Shown: positions 52,813 through 64,000 of the stretch, in pieces | Position numbering within the stretch: the stretch's first letter is position 1 | Layout: the number at the start of each line of letters is the position of its first letter | Assembly (NCBI GenBank): GCA_002269645.1 | Contig: NIVC01000814.1 | Span: 1 to 64,000 of the forward strand | Length of the DNA: 64,000 nucleotides | Direction: 5' to 3' | Origin: Macrostomum lignano | Taxonomy: Eukaryota | The notes under the pieces: model-generated | What the model saw: the letters and a program-made list of their open reading frames with translations, nothing else | Told to the model about the DNA's origin: nothing | The model's database searches: none | Translations under genes and position numbers: made by a program

Positions 52813-55302
52813 GCCTGTCTGTCATCGTCTGTCTTCTTCAAAGTATTGTCTGTCTGTCTTTTTTGTCTGCTTGGCTATCTCTTAGTGTCCGTCTGTCTAG
52901 CACCAAAGTAGAATATTTGGTATAAGTATTTTTGTCTGTTTGTCCTATTTTTAAGCACTAGTTGTGCTGCTTCCTATCTAGCACTGTCACAATAGTCGGG
53001 GGGGGTGAGTGGAGCAGCTCAGCGGTGAACGCGTCTGACTGTCGCGCCACGACCCACGGTTCGATTCCGTGCGCGGCCCTACATCAATTGCACGAAAATT
53101 GCCCAGGTGGGTTGTCGTGCGATTCACAGCCAACTGAGGGCCAACCCCCCCCCCCCGGCACAGAGAGTGTACATGCCTGACCTCTCAGAAAGCCAGGGTC
53201 GATGTACACCCTGTGTGAGCGTGTATATGAATTCAGAAATGGGATCTTATTACAATCTCAAGCAATAAATCATAACTGCCGCACTGTTTACCAGGTGAGC
53301 CGTTTGCGAGCCAAATTAAAAATGGCCGCCAATCAGATAAAAAAACTGGCTCAGGAGAACCAAGCCCTGGTGGATCTGTCCAATCGACTTAGGGCCGAGC
53401 TAAACACCGGCAACAGAGGCCAGCAGAGACCATCTGCTCAAGCAAGTCGATACAAGCCTTCTGCAGGATCAGCCACTGCTCAGCATCAGGGCGAGCCAAT
53501 TGGTTTGGAGTCACATTCCAGGCGAGCTGTCAAAGATGCTGTTGGCGATATGACAAGCAAATTGGCTCAGTTGGAACGGATGCAGTACTACCTGACTAGG
53601 GAGGAATTGGCTAGGCAGAATTCCCAGCAGCAGAGTCAGCGAAATCAACAGCAGGTAGTTTTTTCATTTTCAGCCTTGAACTATTCAGTTAAAATGTTTT
53701 GTTCTCTACTTATAGTAGACGCTCCGATTATGGATTTTTATTTTGTTTATGAAGCTTTACAACGTTTATAGAGTTTTTCATTTTAAAACCTTTGTGATGG
53801 GATCTCTGATTAGTGATTAATACCTGAGTGATGGGATCTCTGATTAGTGATTAATATCTGGGTGATGGGATCTCTAATTAGTGATTAATACCTGAGTGAT
53901 GGGATCACTGATTAGTGATTAGTACCTGGGTGATGGGATCTCTAATTAGTGATTAATACCTGAATGATGGGATCTCTAATTAGTGATTAATACCTGAGTG
54001 ATGGGATCTCTGATTAGTGATTAATATCTGGGTGATGGGATCTCTAATTAGTGATTAATACCTGAGTGATGGGATCTCTGATTAGTGATTAGTACCTGGG
54101 TGATGGGATCTCTAATTAGTGATTAATACCTGAATGATGGGATCTCTAATTAGTGATTAATACCTGAGTGATGGGATCACTGATTAGTGATTAATACCTG
54201 AGTGACGGGATCTCTGATTAGTGGTTAATATCTGAGTGACGGGATCTCTGATTAGTGGTTAATATCTGGGTGATGGGATCTCTAATTAGTGATTGATACC
54301 TAGATGATGGGATCTCTAATTAGTGATTAATACCTGGGTGATGGGATCTCTGATTAGTGATTAATACCTGGGTGATGGGATCTCTAATTAGTGAATAATA
54401 CCTGGGTGATGGGATCTCTAATTAGTGATTAATACCTGGGTGACGGGATCTCTGATTAATGATTAATACCTGAGTGATGGGATCTCTAATTAGTGATTAA
54501 TACCTGGGTGATGGGATCTCTAATTAGTGATTAATACCTGGGTGACGGGATCTCTGATTAATGATTAATACCTGAGTGATGGGATCTCTGATTAGTGATT
54601 AATACCTGGGTGATGGGATCTCTAATTAGTGATTAATACCTGAGTGATGGGATCTCTGATTAGTGATTAATACCTGGGTGATGGGATCTCTAATTAGTGA
54701 TTAATACCTGAGTGATGGGATCTCTAATTAGTGATTAATACCTTGGTGATGGGATCTCTAATTAGTGATTAATACCTGGGTGACGGGATCTCTGATTAAT
54801 GATTAATACCTGAGTGATGGGATCATTAATATGAGATCTTTCTTCTGTCATTGTCTGTCAAAATTTCAATTTTTGTAATACTTGGCCTTAAAATACTTGT
54901 TATTTTGCTAGTGCATTTTTGTCCTTCTCCCCCACAGCAGCAGCAACAGCAGCAACAACAAAAGCAACAGCAGCAAGATCAGTCTCTGTCCCTAGGCGAC
55001 AGTCTGCCAGTGAAGGATACAGGGGCTTCAATTCGTCGAGCCGAAGGTCTGACAGCTACTCGACCAGCGGCTTCGGCAGTTGACAACAGCTTGAATCTGT
55101 CCTCAGTTGGGGCGGCGACTCTCTTAGAGATGTTTGGCGTCTTCTGGATTCTTCTCAGCAGCAGCAACAGCGTTATGGCAATCGCGATTCTGATAATTCT
55201 GATGAAGATAATTTGAGCGATACTGCTCGGTCTTCTAATAGCAGAAATCAGGCTCTCCGATCGCTGCAGGTCCGGGGTCGGGCAACTTTAAATCGGCGAT
55301 AA
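46182..55302 (+). CDS. CCDC57: Coiled-coil domain-containing protein 57 (centriolar); first coding exon not located
   Basis: Exons 46182-46591, 47679-47971, 48818-49139, 50033-50178, 51674-52697, 53295-53654 and 54938-55302, phase-consistent, one with a GC donor. EDFKYNLRLVKERDEEL, DIDRYRHELDAALARER, LRAKLKMAANQI...LSNRLRAEL and DVWRLLD recall human CCDC57. 1-nt frameshift at 55109-55112. Confidence 0.85.
46650..47580. repeat. Intronic minisatellite, ~31-bp unit
   Basis: GATTCTTCTTGGTGTAGATTGGGTACAGGGC tandem. Confidence 0.93.
48060..48780. repeat. Intronic minisatellite, ~24-bp monomers organised as a 121-bp higher-order repeat
   Basis: Diagnostic GGAGGGG variant recurs at 48171, 48292 and 48413. 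Confidence 0.88.
49160..49970. repeat. Intronic minisatellites sharing a TTGAGGACC core (~27-bp and 21-bp units)
   Basis: Two homogeneous blocks joined by degenerate copies. Confidence 0.85.
50350..51560. repeat. Intronic minisatellite, 33-bp unit, interrupted by a MITE
   Basis: ATTTATATAACCTACCTGAATCTTGCT(GCA/GGG/AAA)GGT. Confidence 0.95.
50496..50791. mobile_element. hAT-type MITE, 296 bp
   Basis: Perfect 14-bp TIRs CATACATGCGCAAC and GTTGCGCATGTATG; 8-bp TSD ACCTACCT (50488-50495, 50792-50799). An 8-bp TSD with CA- termini is typical of hAT. Confidence 0.88.
52732..52860. repeat. (GTCT)n microsatellite
   Basis: Imperfect tetranucleotide run in a CCDC57 intron. Confidence 0.9.
52998..53235 (+). 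mobile_element. tRNA-derived SINE-like element
   Basis: A-box-like AGCTCAGCGG, B box GGTTCGATTCC (53058-53068) and perfect T-arm CACGG-TTCGATT-CCGTG. The anticodon stem does not pair, and a ~150-bp unrelated body follows. The 3' boundary is approximate. Confidence 0.6.
53790..54825. repeat. Intronic minisatellite, 34-bp unit, ~30 copies
   Basis: GATGGGATCTCTAATTAGTGATTAATACCTGGGT tandem. Confidence 0.95.
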
Positions 55303-55759
55303 TTTTAATTCGACAGACAAAAATTGTTTTTTGTTACTAAATTTGCTATTTTTAGATTGTTTTTGTAAGAAAATTCCAAACATTTGCTTACTACCTACTT
55401 GTAGTAGCGTCATTTAGTAGTTTTTTATTGTTTATATTTTTAACGCGTCAGGCAACGTGTTAAAATTAATTAGCGAATGATTGCAGGCTGGCAATTTGTA
55501 ATCCGTCCTATTTTTATTACTGTTAACTGGAGCAGAAATTTTTGTTGTAATTTTATCGTTTACGAAGCTACTTTTACTGCATTGGACTTTTGCTTCTAGC
55601 TTTGTATCAGTGTATATCATTCAATTTGTAGTTTGATATGTACTTTTATTACGTATTTACAAAACATTAACTTTATAATAAATAAATGCTAAGTCCATTT
55701 TTGTATAACATTTCAATATTTGAAATTCTTAAAAAATTCTTTTTGGATTCCTAATGTCC

Positions 55760-56290
55760 ATCAATAGGGATTCTCTATGTCTATCAATAGCGATTCCCAA
55801 TCTCCACCAATAAGATTTCCAATATCCATCATTAGGGATTCCCAATATCCATCAATAGGGATTCCCAATGTATCAATAGGGATTCTTAATGTACATCAAT
55901 AGAGATTCCCAATGTACATCAATAGGGATTCCCAATGTCCATCAATAGGAATTCCCAATGTACATCAATACGGATTCCCAATGTCCATCAATAGGGATTC
56001 CCAATGTCTATCAATAGCGATTTCCAATATCCATCAATAGAGATTCCCAATCTCCACCAATAAGATTCCCAATATCCATCATTAGGGATTCCCAATATCC
56101 ATCATTAGGGATTCCCAATATCCATCATTAGGGATTCCCAATATCCATCATTAGGGATTCCCAATATCCATCAATAGGGATTCCCAATGTATCAATAGGG
56201 ATTCCAAATGTACATCAATAGAGATTCCCCAATGTACATCAATAGAGATTCCCAATGTACATTAATAGGGATTCCCTATGTCCATCCTGT
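55760..56290. repeat. Minisatellite, ~22-bp unit, upstream of NAE1
   Basis: CCATCAATAGGGATTCCCAATGT tandem. Confidence 0.9.
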
Positions 56291-56446
56291 GGGATTCCAG
56301 GTGTGTACCTTGTCGAGTGACCCCCAATGTTCACCTTTTTTATTCTTAATCTCCATTATTTAATATTCATAATAACTACTAGAAACTCTTGAATATTGGA
56401 TCCACTGCTATACTAATATATTAATTCCCCATAATTGGCTGATGAA

Positions 56447-59400
56447 ATGTCCTCAACAAACAACAACAACAACAACAACAAGAGCAACATCAACAGTCAC
56501 CCAGTTGGTCGGTCGCGCAGTCAGTTGCCAACCCCAAAAGCTAAAAAATATGATCGACAGCTGCGGCTATGGGGCGATCACGGTCAGCAGGCTATCGAAC
56601 AGGCCAGGGTGCTTCTAATCGGGGCTAATGCTGTTGGCACTGAGACACTGAAGAACATGGTACTCCCCGGAGTCGGCTCATTCACCATAATGGATCATCG
56701 CCGCGTGACAGAGGAGGATTGCGGTTCGAATTTTTTTGTCGAGCTAGCCAGAATTGGCGAGCCGCGGGCTAAAGTGTGCGCAGAGCTTTTGCGCGAATTA
56801 AACGAAGATGTTATTGGAGATTTCTTAGAAGACCGACTGGACGTGCTGTTGCAGAGAGATCCGGGATTCTTCACCGGATTTAGCTTGGTCATTGCTAGCG
56901 GTGTCAGGCATTCCGATCTGTTGGTGCTGTCTGATTTGCTGTATGATCGAGATGTACCGCTGATTGTCTGTCAACAGCACGGCATGCTGGCCACTTGTCA
57001 GCTGGTTGCTAGGGAACACTTTGTTTGGGAGGCGCATCCGGATAATCCTTTGCCGGATTTGCGATTGGAGAATCCACTGCCGGAATTTGTGGCGTTCTGC
57101 GATGCTCAGGTGAGAGGCGGATCTATTGATATTAGGGAATCCTTGATCCTATTGGAGAATCCCTGTTTATATAGGGGAATCCCTGTGTATATAGGGGAAT
57201 CCCTGTGTATATAGGGGAATCCCTGTGTATATAGGGCAATCCCTGTTGATGTAGGGGAATCCCTGTTTTAAATGGGGATTATTCCCTGTTAATATAGGGT
57301 ATTGCCTGTTCATATAGGGGAATCCCTGTTGATATAGGGGAATCCCTGTTCATATAGGGGAATCCCTGTTCATATAGGGGAATCCCTGTGTATATAGGGG
57401 AATCCCTGTTTTAAATAGGGGATTATTCCCTGTTAATATAGGGTATTGCCTGTTCATATAGGTGATTCCTTGTTCATATAGGGGAATCCCTGTTCATATA
57501 GGGGATTCCCTGTTCATATAGGGAGTCCATGTTTATATAGGAAAATCTCTTCCTAAAGGGAAATCCCTTTTCCTAAAGGGAAATCCCTTTTCCTAATGGG
57601 AAATCCCTTTTTCTAATGGGAATCCCTGTCTTAATATTGGCATCCTTGTTCAAACAGGTGGAATCCTAGTTACGAAATTTCTAGGAGAAAAACTCAGTTG
57701 TAGCAAAATCCCTGTTACTCAAGTTTCCACACCAGCACTCTCCATCCCCCCTTCGCAACAATACTCCTCAAGGACTTGTCAGCCATGGACAGCCAGCGGC
57801 ACAGCCACACTCCCTGGCTGGTGATCCTGTACAAATTCCTGAGCAAATGGCGCCAGGCCAACGCCGGCAAATTCCCGTCGAACTACGCTGAGCGACAGGC
57901 GGTTCGCCAGCTGATCCGGTCTGGCGAGCGGGGCGAGTCGGATCTCCATGGCGACGAGGAGAACTGGCGACAGGCTCAATCGGCGGTTACCACCGCTCTG
58001 TTGCCTAGCAAGCTGCCTAGCAACGTGAATGAATTGTTTAAATTAGCCGATCAGTTTTGGCTACGCCGTCAACAATTGTCGGATTCGAGCGCGCCTAGCG
58101 AAGACAGACAAGCGGCGGTCCCGCCTAGCAACTGGCTGTTGCTATGCCGCACTCTGGCCGAGTTCTATCGCCAACGAGGCTGCCTGCCGCTGTGCGGAAC
58201 CCTGCCGGATATGGTCAGCGATTCCGATCGCTACGTAGCCCTGCTGAATATCTACAGGCGGGCGGCCGATGCTGATCTGGTCGAATTTAGTCGCCTACTA
58301 AGAGTAGTCTGTTTAGACATTGGTCTGAGCGCTGACAGCGTGCCAGCTAGTCAGATTGCTCTGTTCTGTAAGAATGCCAGGCATCTGCGGTTGGTTAAAA
58401 CTGCTTCTTATCGAGAGGTAAGACGGCGATTATTACTTTGTCTGAAGCTGAATATAGAAGCCTGCAGAACTCAGAGCATTCCCATTTAGGTTGGGGGATC
58501 TCAGAGTATGTCGATTGAAGCTGGGATCTCAAAATATCCCCATTTATGTTGGGAGATCTCAGAGTATGTCGATTGAAGCTGGGATCTCAAAATATCCCCA
58601 TTTATGTTGGGAGATCTCGGAGTATCCCGATTGAGTTAGGGAGATCTCAGAATATCCCGATTGAGTTTGGGATATCTTAGAGTATTCCCATTGAAGCTGG
58701 AATCTCAAAATATCCCCATTTATGTTGGGGATCTCAGAATTTCCCCATAGAAGATTTGAGATCTCAGAATATCCCCATTTAGGCTGGGAGGTCTCAGAAT
58801 ATTCCCATTGAAGCTTGGGGATCTTACAATATAATATCCCTATTGAAGCTTGGGGATCTTACAATATAATATCCCTATTGAAGCTTGGGGATCTTACAAT
58901 ATAATATCCCTATTGAAGCTTGGGGATCTTACAATATAATATCCCAGTTAAAGCGTTGGGAACTTTTAATATCCCAATTAAAGCTTTGGGATCATATAAT
59001 ATCCCCATTGAAGCTTTGGATCTTAAAATATAATATCCCCATTGAAGCTTGGGGATCTTACAATATAATATCCCTATTGAAGCTTGGGGATCTTACAATA
59101 TAATATCCCTATTGAAGCTTGGGGATCTTACAATATAATATCCCTATTGAAGCTTGGGGATCTTACAATATAATATCCCAATTAAAGCGTTGGGAACTTA
59201 TAATATCCCAATTAAAGCTTTGGGATCATATAATATCCCCATTGAAGCTTTGGATCTTAAAATATAATATCCCCATTGAAGCTTACTTACTTACTTACTA
59301 CTGACGGGGGGCGCAGGCGCCGCGAATAGGCCGCGAGGCCCCTATCGCAACCCCAAGGTAAAAGCTTGGGGATCTTACAATATAATATCCCCATCGATGC

Positions 59401-59960
59401 GTTTGGATCTTACAATATAATATCCCCATTGAAGCTTTGAGATCTTATAATATCCCTATCAAAGATCTGCGGTCTAAGAATATCCCCAATTCAAGCTGAG
59501 AAATCCTCAAATCTCCCCTATTTAGCTAAGCCGGCCACAGCCGCAGACGGTCGCTCGGTGCCTGGAGGAGACGGCGGAGGCCGGGCCATCCCCATTCTGG
59601 TGGTACCTGCTGTTCCACGCCTGCGACCGGTTCCACACCGAATTCGGTCGCTTCCCAGGCGACACAGACGATGTGAATTTTCTGGCCGACGCTGGCCAGT
59701 TGAAGCTGAAATGCCAACAGCTAGCTCAGGATTGGCTGGCCTCTCTAGCCACTACATCGGCGGCTTGTCCAACTTCGGCGCCAGAGGATCTGCTGCACGA
59801 GCTGTGCAGATTCGGTCGAGCAGAGGTGCACTCTGTGGCAGCCTGGATGGGCGGAGTTTTGGCCCAAGAAGGCATCAAGCTGATCACTGGGCAGTTCGTG
59901 CCGGAGACTCGGACTATGCTGTACGATGCCGTGTCGCAAACCTTTCTGCCGGTGTTTTAA
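56447..59960 (+). CDS. NAE1: NEDD8-activating enzyme E1 regulatory subunit (APPBP1), ~580 aa
   Basis: Exons 56447-57109, 57773-58417 and 59526-59960, all phase 0. KYDRQLRLWGDHGQ, GTETLKNMVLPGVGSF, HSHTPW, GTLPDMVSDSDRY and HELCRFGRAEVHSVAAWMGGVLAQEGIKLIT match NAE1. Confidence 0.97.
57140..57620. repeat. Intronic minisatellite, ~21-bp unit
   Basis: ATAGGGGAATCCCTGTTCAT-type tandem in NAE1 intron 1. Confidence 0.88.
58480..59510. repeat. Intronic minisatellite, ~31-33-bp units
   Basis: TATCCCTATTGAAGCTTGGGGATCTTACAATATAA-type tandem in NAE1 intron 2. Confidence 0.88.
59285..59361 (-). mobile_element. 77-nt retroelement 3'-end micro-insertion with (TAAG)n tail
   Basis: GC-rich insert in the minisatellite flanked by AAGCTT (59279-59284, 59362-59367); the minus strand ends in GTAAGTAAGTAAG; internal hairpin. 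Confidence 0.78.
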
Positions 59961-61009
59961 GCTGCCGGTCTTTGTTCTTTGTTTGCTGAATTGTGTCTAC
60001 ATATGATCTGTTTCCTGTTCTTTCGAGTCTTTCCGTGGTCTTTGTTTGCAATTGATTTTCTGTTTCTATGGTCTTTGTATTAATGGATGGTCGTCAGCCA
60101 TCATGGTCTTTTGTTCACAGAATTGTTCTCGACTGGTCTTTGTTCACGCGGTCTTAAAACTTCTATGGTCTTTGTTCACGCGGTCTTGCAAATTCTGCCC
60201 ATGGTCTTTGTTCGACATTGTCTTGTGGTACAACTCTCTTGTGGTCTTTGTTCACATATTTTCACACACATTAGCCAGCTATCAGGGTCTTTGTTATGCT
60301 CCCTAAATTCCCATATTGTCTGATTGACTCTTAAAAATTCAGCTCATTTTCTAATCAACGTACTCCAGTCTTTGTTCTCCAAGGCTATTTTTTGCTACTA
60401 ATTTTGTTATTGTTATACGTGACTGCATACCCAAGCACTTGAGCTGCAACAAAGATTATTTTAAAAAATACTTGAAAATTGTTGCTTCTAAACGACACTC
60501 TTTGTTGTTTCAGTGCATCAATTGTAATCAAATAAATTAGTTAATACAAAGTTGCAACTTTTTAATAATCAGCTAATGCTTTCTGAACTATTACAGTTGT
60601 AGTATTCAAACTTACTACTTATTGGGTAACAAAAATAGCTTTAGAAAAATAATTCGTCTTGTAAAGTTGTTTACGATACATATCGCCTGGTTTGCATCAA
60701 TTATATTTTCAGTCTTATTGAAAGTCCTAAAGATCCTCTACTCAAGGCGGTAAGATAAAATTTATATTTTTTATCGCCGGTGACGTCTTATTAAAATTTT
60801 ATTGGTGCTCGACGTGACTTCTTGGTTGAAGGGTTTCTTTCAGACACATTGAAATGATCAAATATCTAAGTGTGATAATGAAAGCGTTAAGAAAAAAACA
60901 AAAACAAAACTTTTTTTAGAAAACCACTAGCAATCAGTGCCCCCCGTTGGGGAGCTTACAAAGAATGGATTACAAATTTTCAATAAAATACATGTAGCTT
61001 TTGACCTCA

Positions 61010-62060
61010 TCCTTGACCTCTCAGCAATTCCCCCAGTAAGCCTTGACCTCTCAGCAATTCCCCCAGTAAGCCTTGACCTCTCAGCAATTCCCCCAGTAAG
61101 CCTTGACCTCTCAGCAATTCCCCCAGTAAGCCTTGACCTCTCAGCAATTCCTCCAGTAAGCCTTGACCTCACAGCAATTCCCCCAGTAAGCCTTGACCTA
61201 TCAGCAATTCCCCCAGTAAGCCTTGACCTCTCAGCAATTCCCCCAGTAAGCCTTGACCTCTCAGCAATTCCCCCAGTAAGCCTTGACCTCTCAGCAATTC
61301 CCCCAGTAAGCCTTGACCTCTCAGCAATTCCCCCAGTAAGCCTTGACCTCTCAGCAATTCCCCCAGTAAGCCTTGACCTCTCAGCAATTCCCCCAGTAAG
61401 CCTTGACCTCTCAGCAATTCCTCCAGTAAGCCTTGACCTCACAGCAATTCCCCCAGTAAGCCTTGACCTATCAGCAATTCCCCCAGTAAGCCTTGACCTC
61501 TCAGCAATTCCCCCAGTAAGCCTTGACCTCTCAGCAATTCCCCCAGTAAGCCTTGACCTCTCAGCAATTCCCCCAGTAAGCCTTGACCTCTCAGCAATTC
61601 CCCCAGTAAGCCTTGACCTCTCAGCAATTCCCCCAGTAAGCCTTGACCTCTCAGCAATTCCCCAGTAAGCCTTGACCTCTCAGCAATTCCCCCAGTAAGC
61701 CTTGACCTCTCAGCAATTCCCCCAGTAAGCCTTGACCTCTCAGCAATTCCCCCAGTAAGCCTTGACCTCTCAGCAATTCCCCCAGTAAGCCTTGACCTCT
61801 CAGCAATTCCCCCAGTAAGCCTTGACCTCTCAGCAATTCCCCCAGTAAAATTCGACATCTCAGCAATTCCCCAGTAAGCCTTGACCTCTCAGCAATTCCC
61901 CAGTAAGCCTTGACCTCTCCGCAATTCCCCCAGTAAAATTCGACATCTCAGCAATTCCCCAGTAAGCCTTGACCTCTCAGCAATTCCCCCAGTAAAATTC
62001 GACATCTCAGCAATTCCCCAGTAAGCCTTGACCTCTCAGCAATTCCCCCAGTAAGCCTTG
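61010..62060. repeat. Minisatellite, 30-bp unit, ~35 copies
   Basis: CCTTGACCTCTCAGCAATTCCCCCAGTAAG tandem. Confidence 0.97.
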
Positions 62061-62804
62061 TTAACTTGCCTTATCTTATCTGTCCAAAACATTCATTTTG
62101 GGTCTTGTGTGCAGGTTAGTAAAGACCCTCACCTCTTATGATCTCTAAGCACATACAATCGCGCTAACAATCGCACATACAATCGCGCTACTTTAACAGT
62201 TGGACATGTACAGTCTCTGTGCCTTGGGGGGGGGGGGGTGGTATCCCACGGCAAGCCACCTTTTCGTCTTGCAATTATTATAAAAGAATGCCCTAATGGG
62301 GCTACTGTTAGTATAAGCAAAGTATTATAATACGTAGCGCTAAGGGTATAAGGAACAACAATGTAAAGGCGGCTTGCAGGAAAAACATCAAAGGAATTTA
62401 AGATGGATGCCAGGTTGGGCTTGGGCCCTTGTCAGAGGACATCCACGTGTAAGAAATGAACATTGTGGTTTTTTTACTTGCTTCCTTCCTCTTGGATTGA
62501 TGACAGTCCCCGTTTGCGCATCATTGCTGAACCAACAGCTGTTGTCTATGGATAAAGGCTGACAGCTTTGCACTTTTGCTTTTAGATTCCCACACACTTT
62601 TCGGTGTTGTGTTTCACCAGGTAAAAAAATGTAGGTTTCACTATGAATAGCTCTTATATTGTTTGTTTTCTTAGTTGCAGCATTTGAATTATAGCCTTGC
62701 AATTTTCCAATTTTCCAACCAACATACGTCTCACAAATCTTCTCGAATTATTCAAAAATATATAACTAAAATTTGTCTTTCAATGCTTTATTGCTCGAGC
62801 AGAT

Positions 62805-63305
62805 TATTGCTCTTCCGTGATATGAAGCTTTGAGCTAGTGGCAGTGACCAACAATGTCTCTTCCGTGATATGAAGATTAGCCATTGTGACAGTGACCAAC
62901 AATGTCTCTTCCATGATATGAAGATTCGAGCTTGTGGCAGTGACCAACAATGTCTCTTTCATGAAATGAAGATTCGAGCTTGTGGCGGTGACCAACAATG
63001 TCTCTTCCATGATATGAAGATTCGAGCTTGTGGCAGTGACCAACAATGTCTCTTCCGTGATATAAAGCTTTGAGCTTGTGGCAGTGACCAACAATGTCTC
63101 TTCCGTGATATGAAGTTTTGAGCTTGTGGCAGTGACCAACAATGTCTCTTCCGTGATATGAAGTTTTGAGCTTGTGGCAGTGACCAACAATGTCTCTTCC
63201 ATGATATGAAGTTTTGAGCTTGTGGCAGTGACCAACAATGTCTCTTCCGTGATATAAAGCTTTGAGCTTGTGGCAGTGACCAACAATGTCTCTTCCATAA
63301 AATGA
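62805..63305. repeat. Minisatellite, 48-bp unit, ~10 copies
   Basis: GTGGCAGTGACCAACAATGTCTCTTCCGTGATATGAAG... tandem. Confidence 0.95.
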
Positions 63306-64000
63306 AGATTGCCACTTGTGATTAGCTAATCTATAAGATATTGTTTGTCGAGCTTACGAATTTTCGAACTATTTCGCCGGGGAAGTTTGTGTCGGCCCAT
63401 CTTGCACTAAAGTCAGCGACTCTTATAGTTGCTAGGCTCTGTATAGAATAATTAAATTGTTTTTTCTTTCAAACAGCGCTTTGCACTCGGATTGACCTTC
63501 CCTTTCAGGCACACACAACACCATGCAGTCCTAGTATATCCATGGTGCTGTCCGCAGTATGCACTATATAGTCCTACTAACTTTGTTGGCTTTCCTATGC
63601 AGTATAGCTTGGGTGTATCACTGATCTGTATTGCAGCTTTCGCATGTTCTCTATACATTAAAGTCCTTCCTTGCTTGTATATTGCTCTCTTATAGCCGGA
63701 TATGTGTAGCTAAACCGCCAGGGTACACACAGGAAAAGAGGCCATGCAGTTTGGGGCCTGCAAAATTGATGAGATACTCCTTGTAGAGAGCAAGAAAAAT
63801 CGAGGAGACAGTGGAGAAAAGGGATCGGAGAAAAACTGAATCGGCGTGTCCTTGCGTACTTCAGTTCTCCAACAGATCAGGTCGTACTTTTTGTTGCTTA
63901 TCTCGCTATAAGGATTCTGATCTGCTAGCTGTGAAGCAACTTTCTTTAATGCCTTTCGTCTGGCTTATCCCCGTTTGATGTTTCTCTGATGAAATCTGTT

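Noticed and set aside
34475-59960. Functional link between the Helentron OTU protease and nearby NAE1 (a ubiquitin-like system)
   Set aside because: They are ~17 kb apart with CCDC57 between; OTU is a known Helentron passenger, so proximity is most likely coincidence.
62493-62555. LRIIAEPTAVVYG, resembling HSP70 (LRIINEPTAA) or ODC (RIIAEPG) motifs
   Set aside because: Immediately followed by a stop, with no flanking homology in any frame.
49661-63315. ORFs of periodic peptides (IEDLVVG, YITYLNLAGG, SAIPPVSLDL, EETLLVTATSS)
   Set aside because: Stop-free frames of minisatellites, mostly inside introns already explained by the exon models.
63700-63975. Minus-strand stretch QNPYSEISNKKYDLICWR...LFLCVPW, loosely like a PI3K helical domain
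   Set aside because: Needs frame changes, similarity is weak and it lies at the window edge; cannot be supported without a search.

Overview
This is animal genomic DNA with spliceosomal GT-AG introns and Q/S-rich exons. The minisatellite-filled introns resemble the flatworm Macrostomum lignano, but that is an inference. Four conserved genes were reconstructed exon by exon: PAPS transporter SLC35B2 (+, broken by an 81-nt insertion in exon 3), PKA type-I regulatory subunit PRKAR1 (-), CCDC57 (+) and the NEDD8 E1 subunit NAE1/APPBP1 (+). There is also a THAP-domain gene (-) and two unidentified spliced genes. The main accessory feature is a ~10.5-kb Helentron/Helitron2-type rolling-circle transposon (~31042-41583). 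It encodes OTU protease, Zn-finger, HUH Rep and Pif1 helicase domains, has 11-bp subterminal inverted repeats, twin GCGAAGC hairpins and two internal tandem arrays, and sits inside a ~0.9-kb TIR element. Also present: a full-length DD34D mariner with two homopolymer frameshifts, a hAT-type MITE, other MITE-like elements, a tRNA-derived SINE, a foldback palindrome carrying a LINE 3' fragment, three ~80-nt LINE-tail micro-insertions with TSDs, and about 20 micro/minisatellite arrays. No CRISPR, rRNA or functional tRNA was found. All exon models, TSDs and TIRs were read by eye, and no database search was possible.
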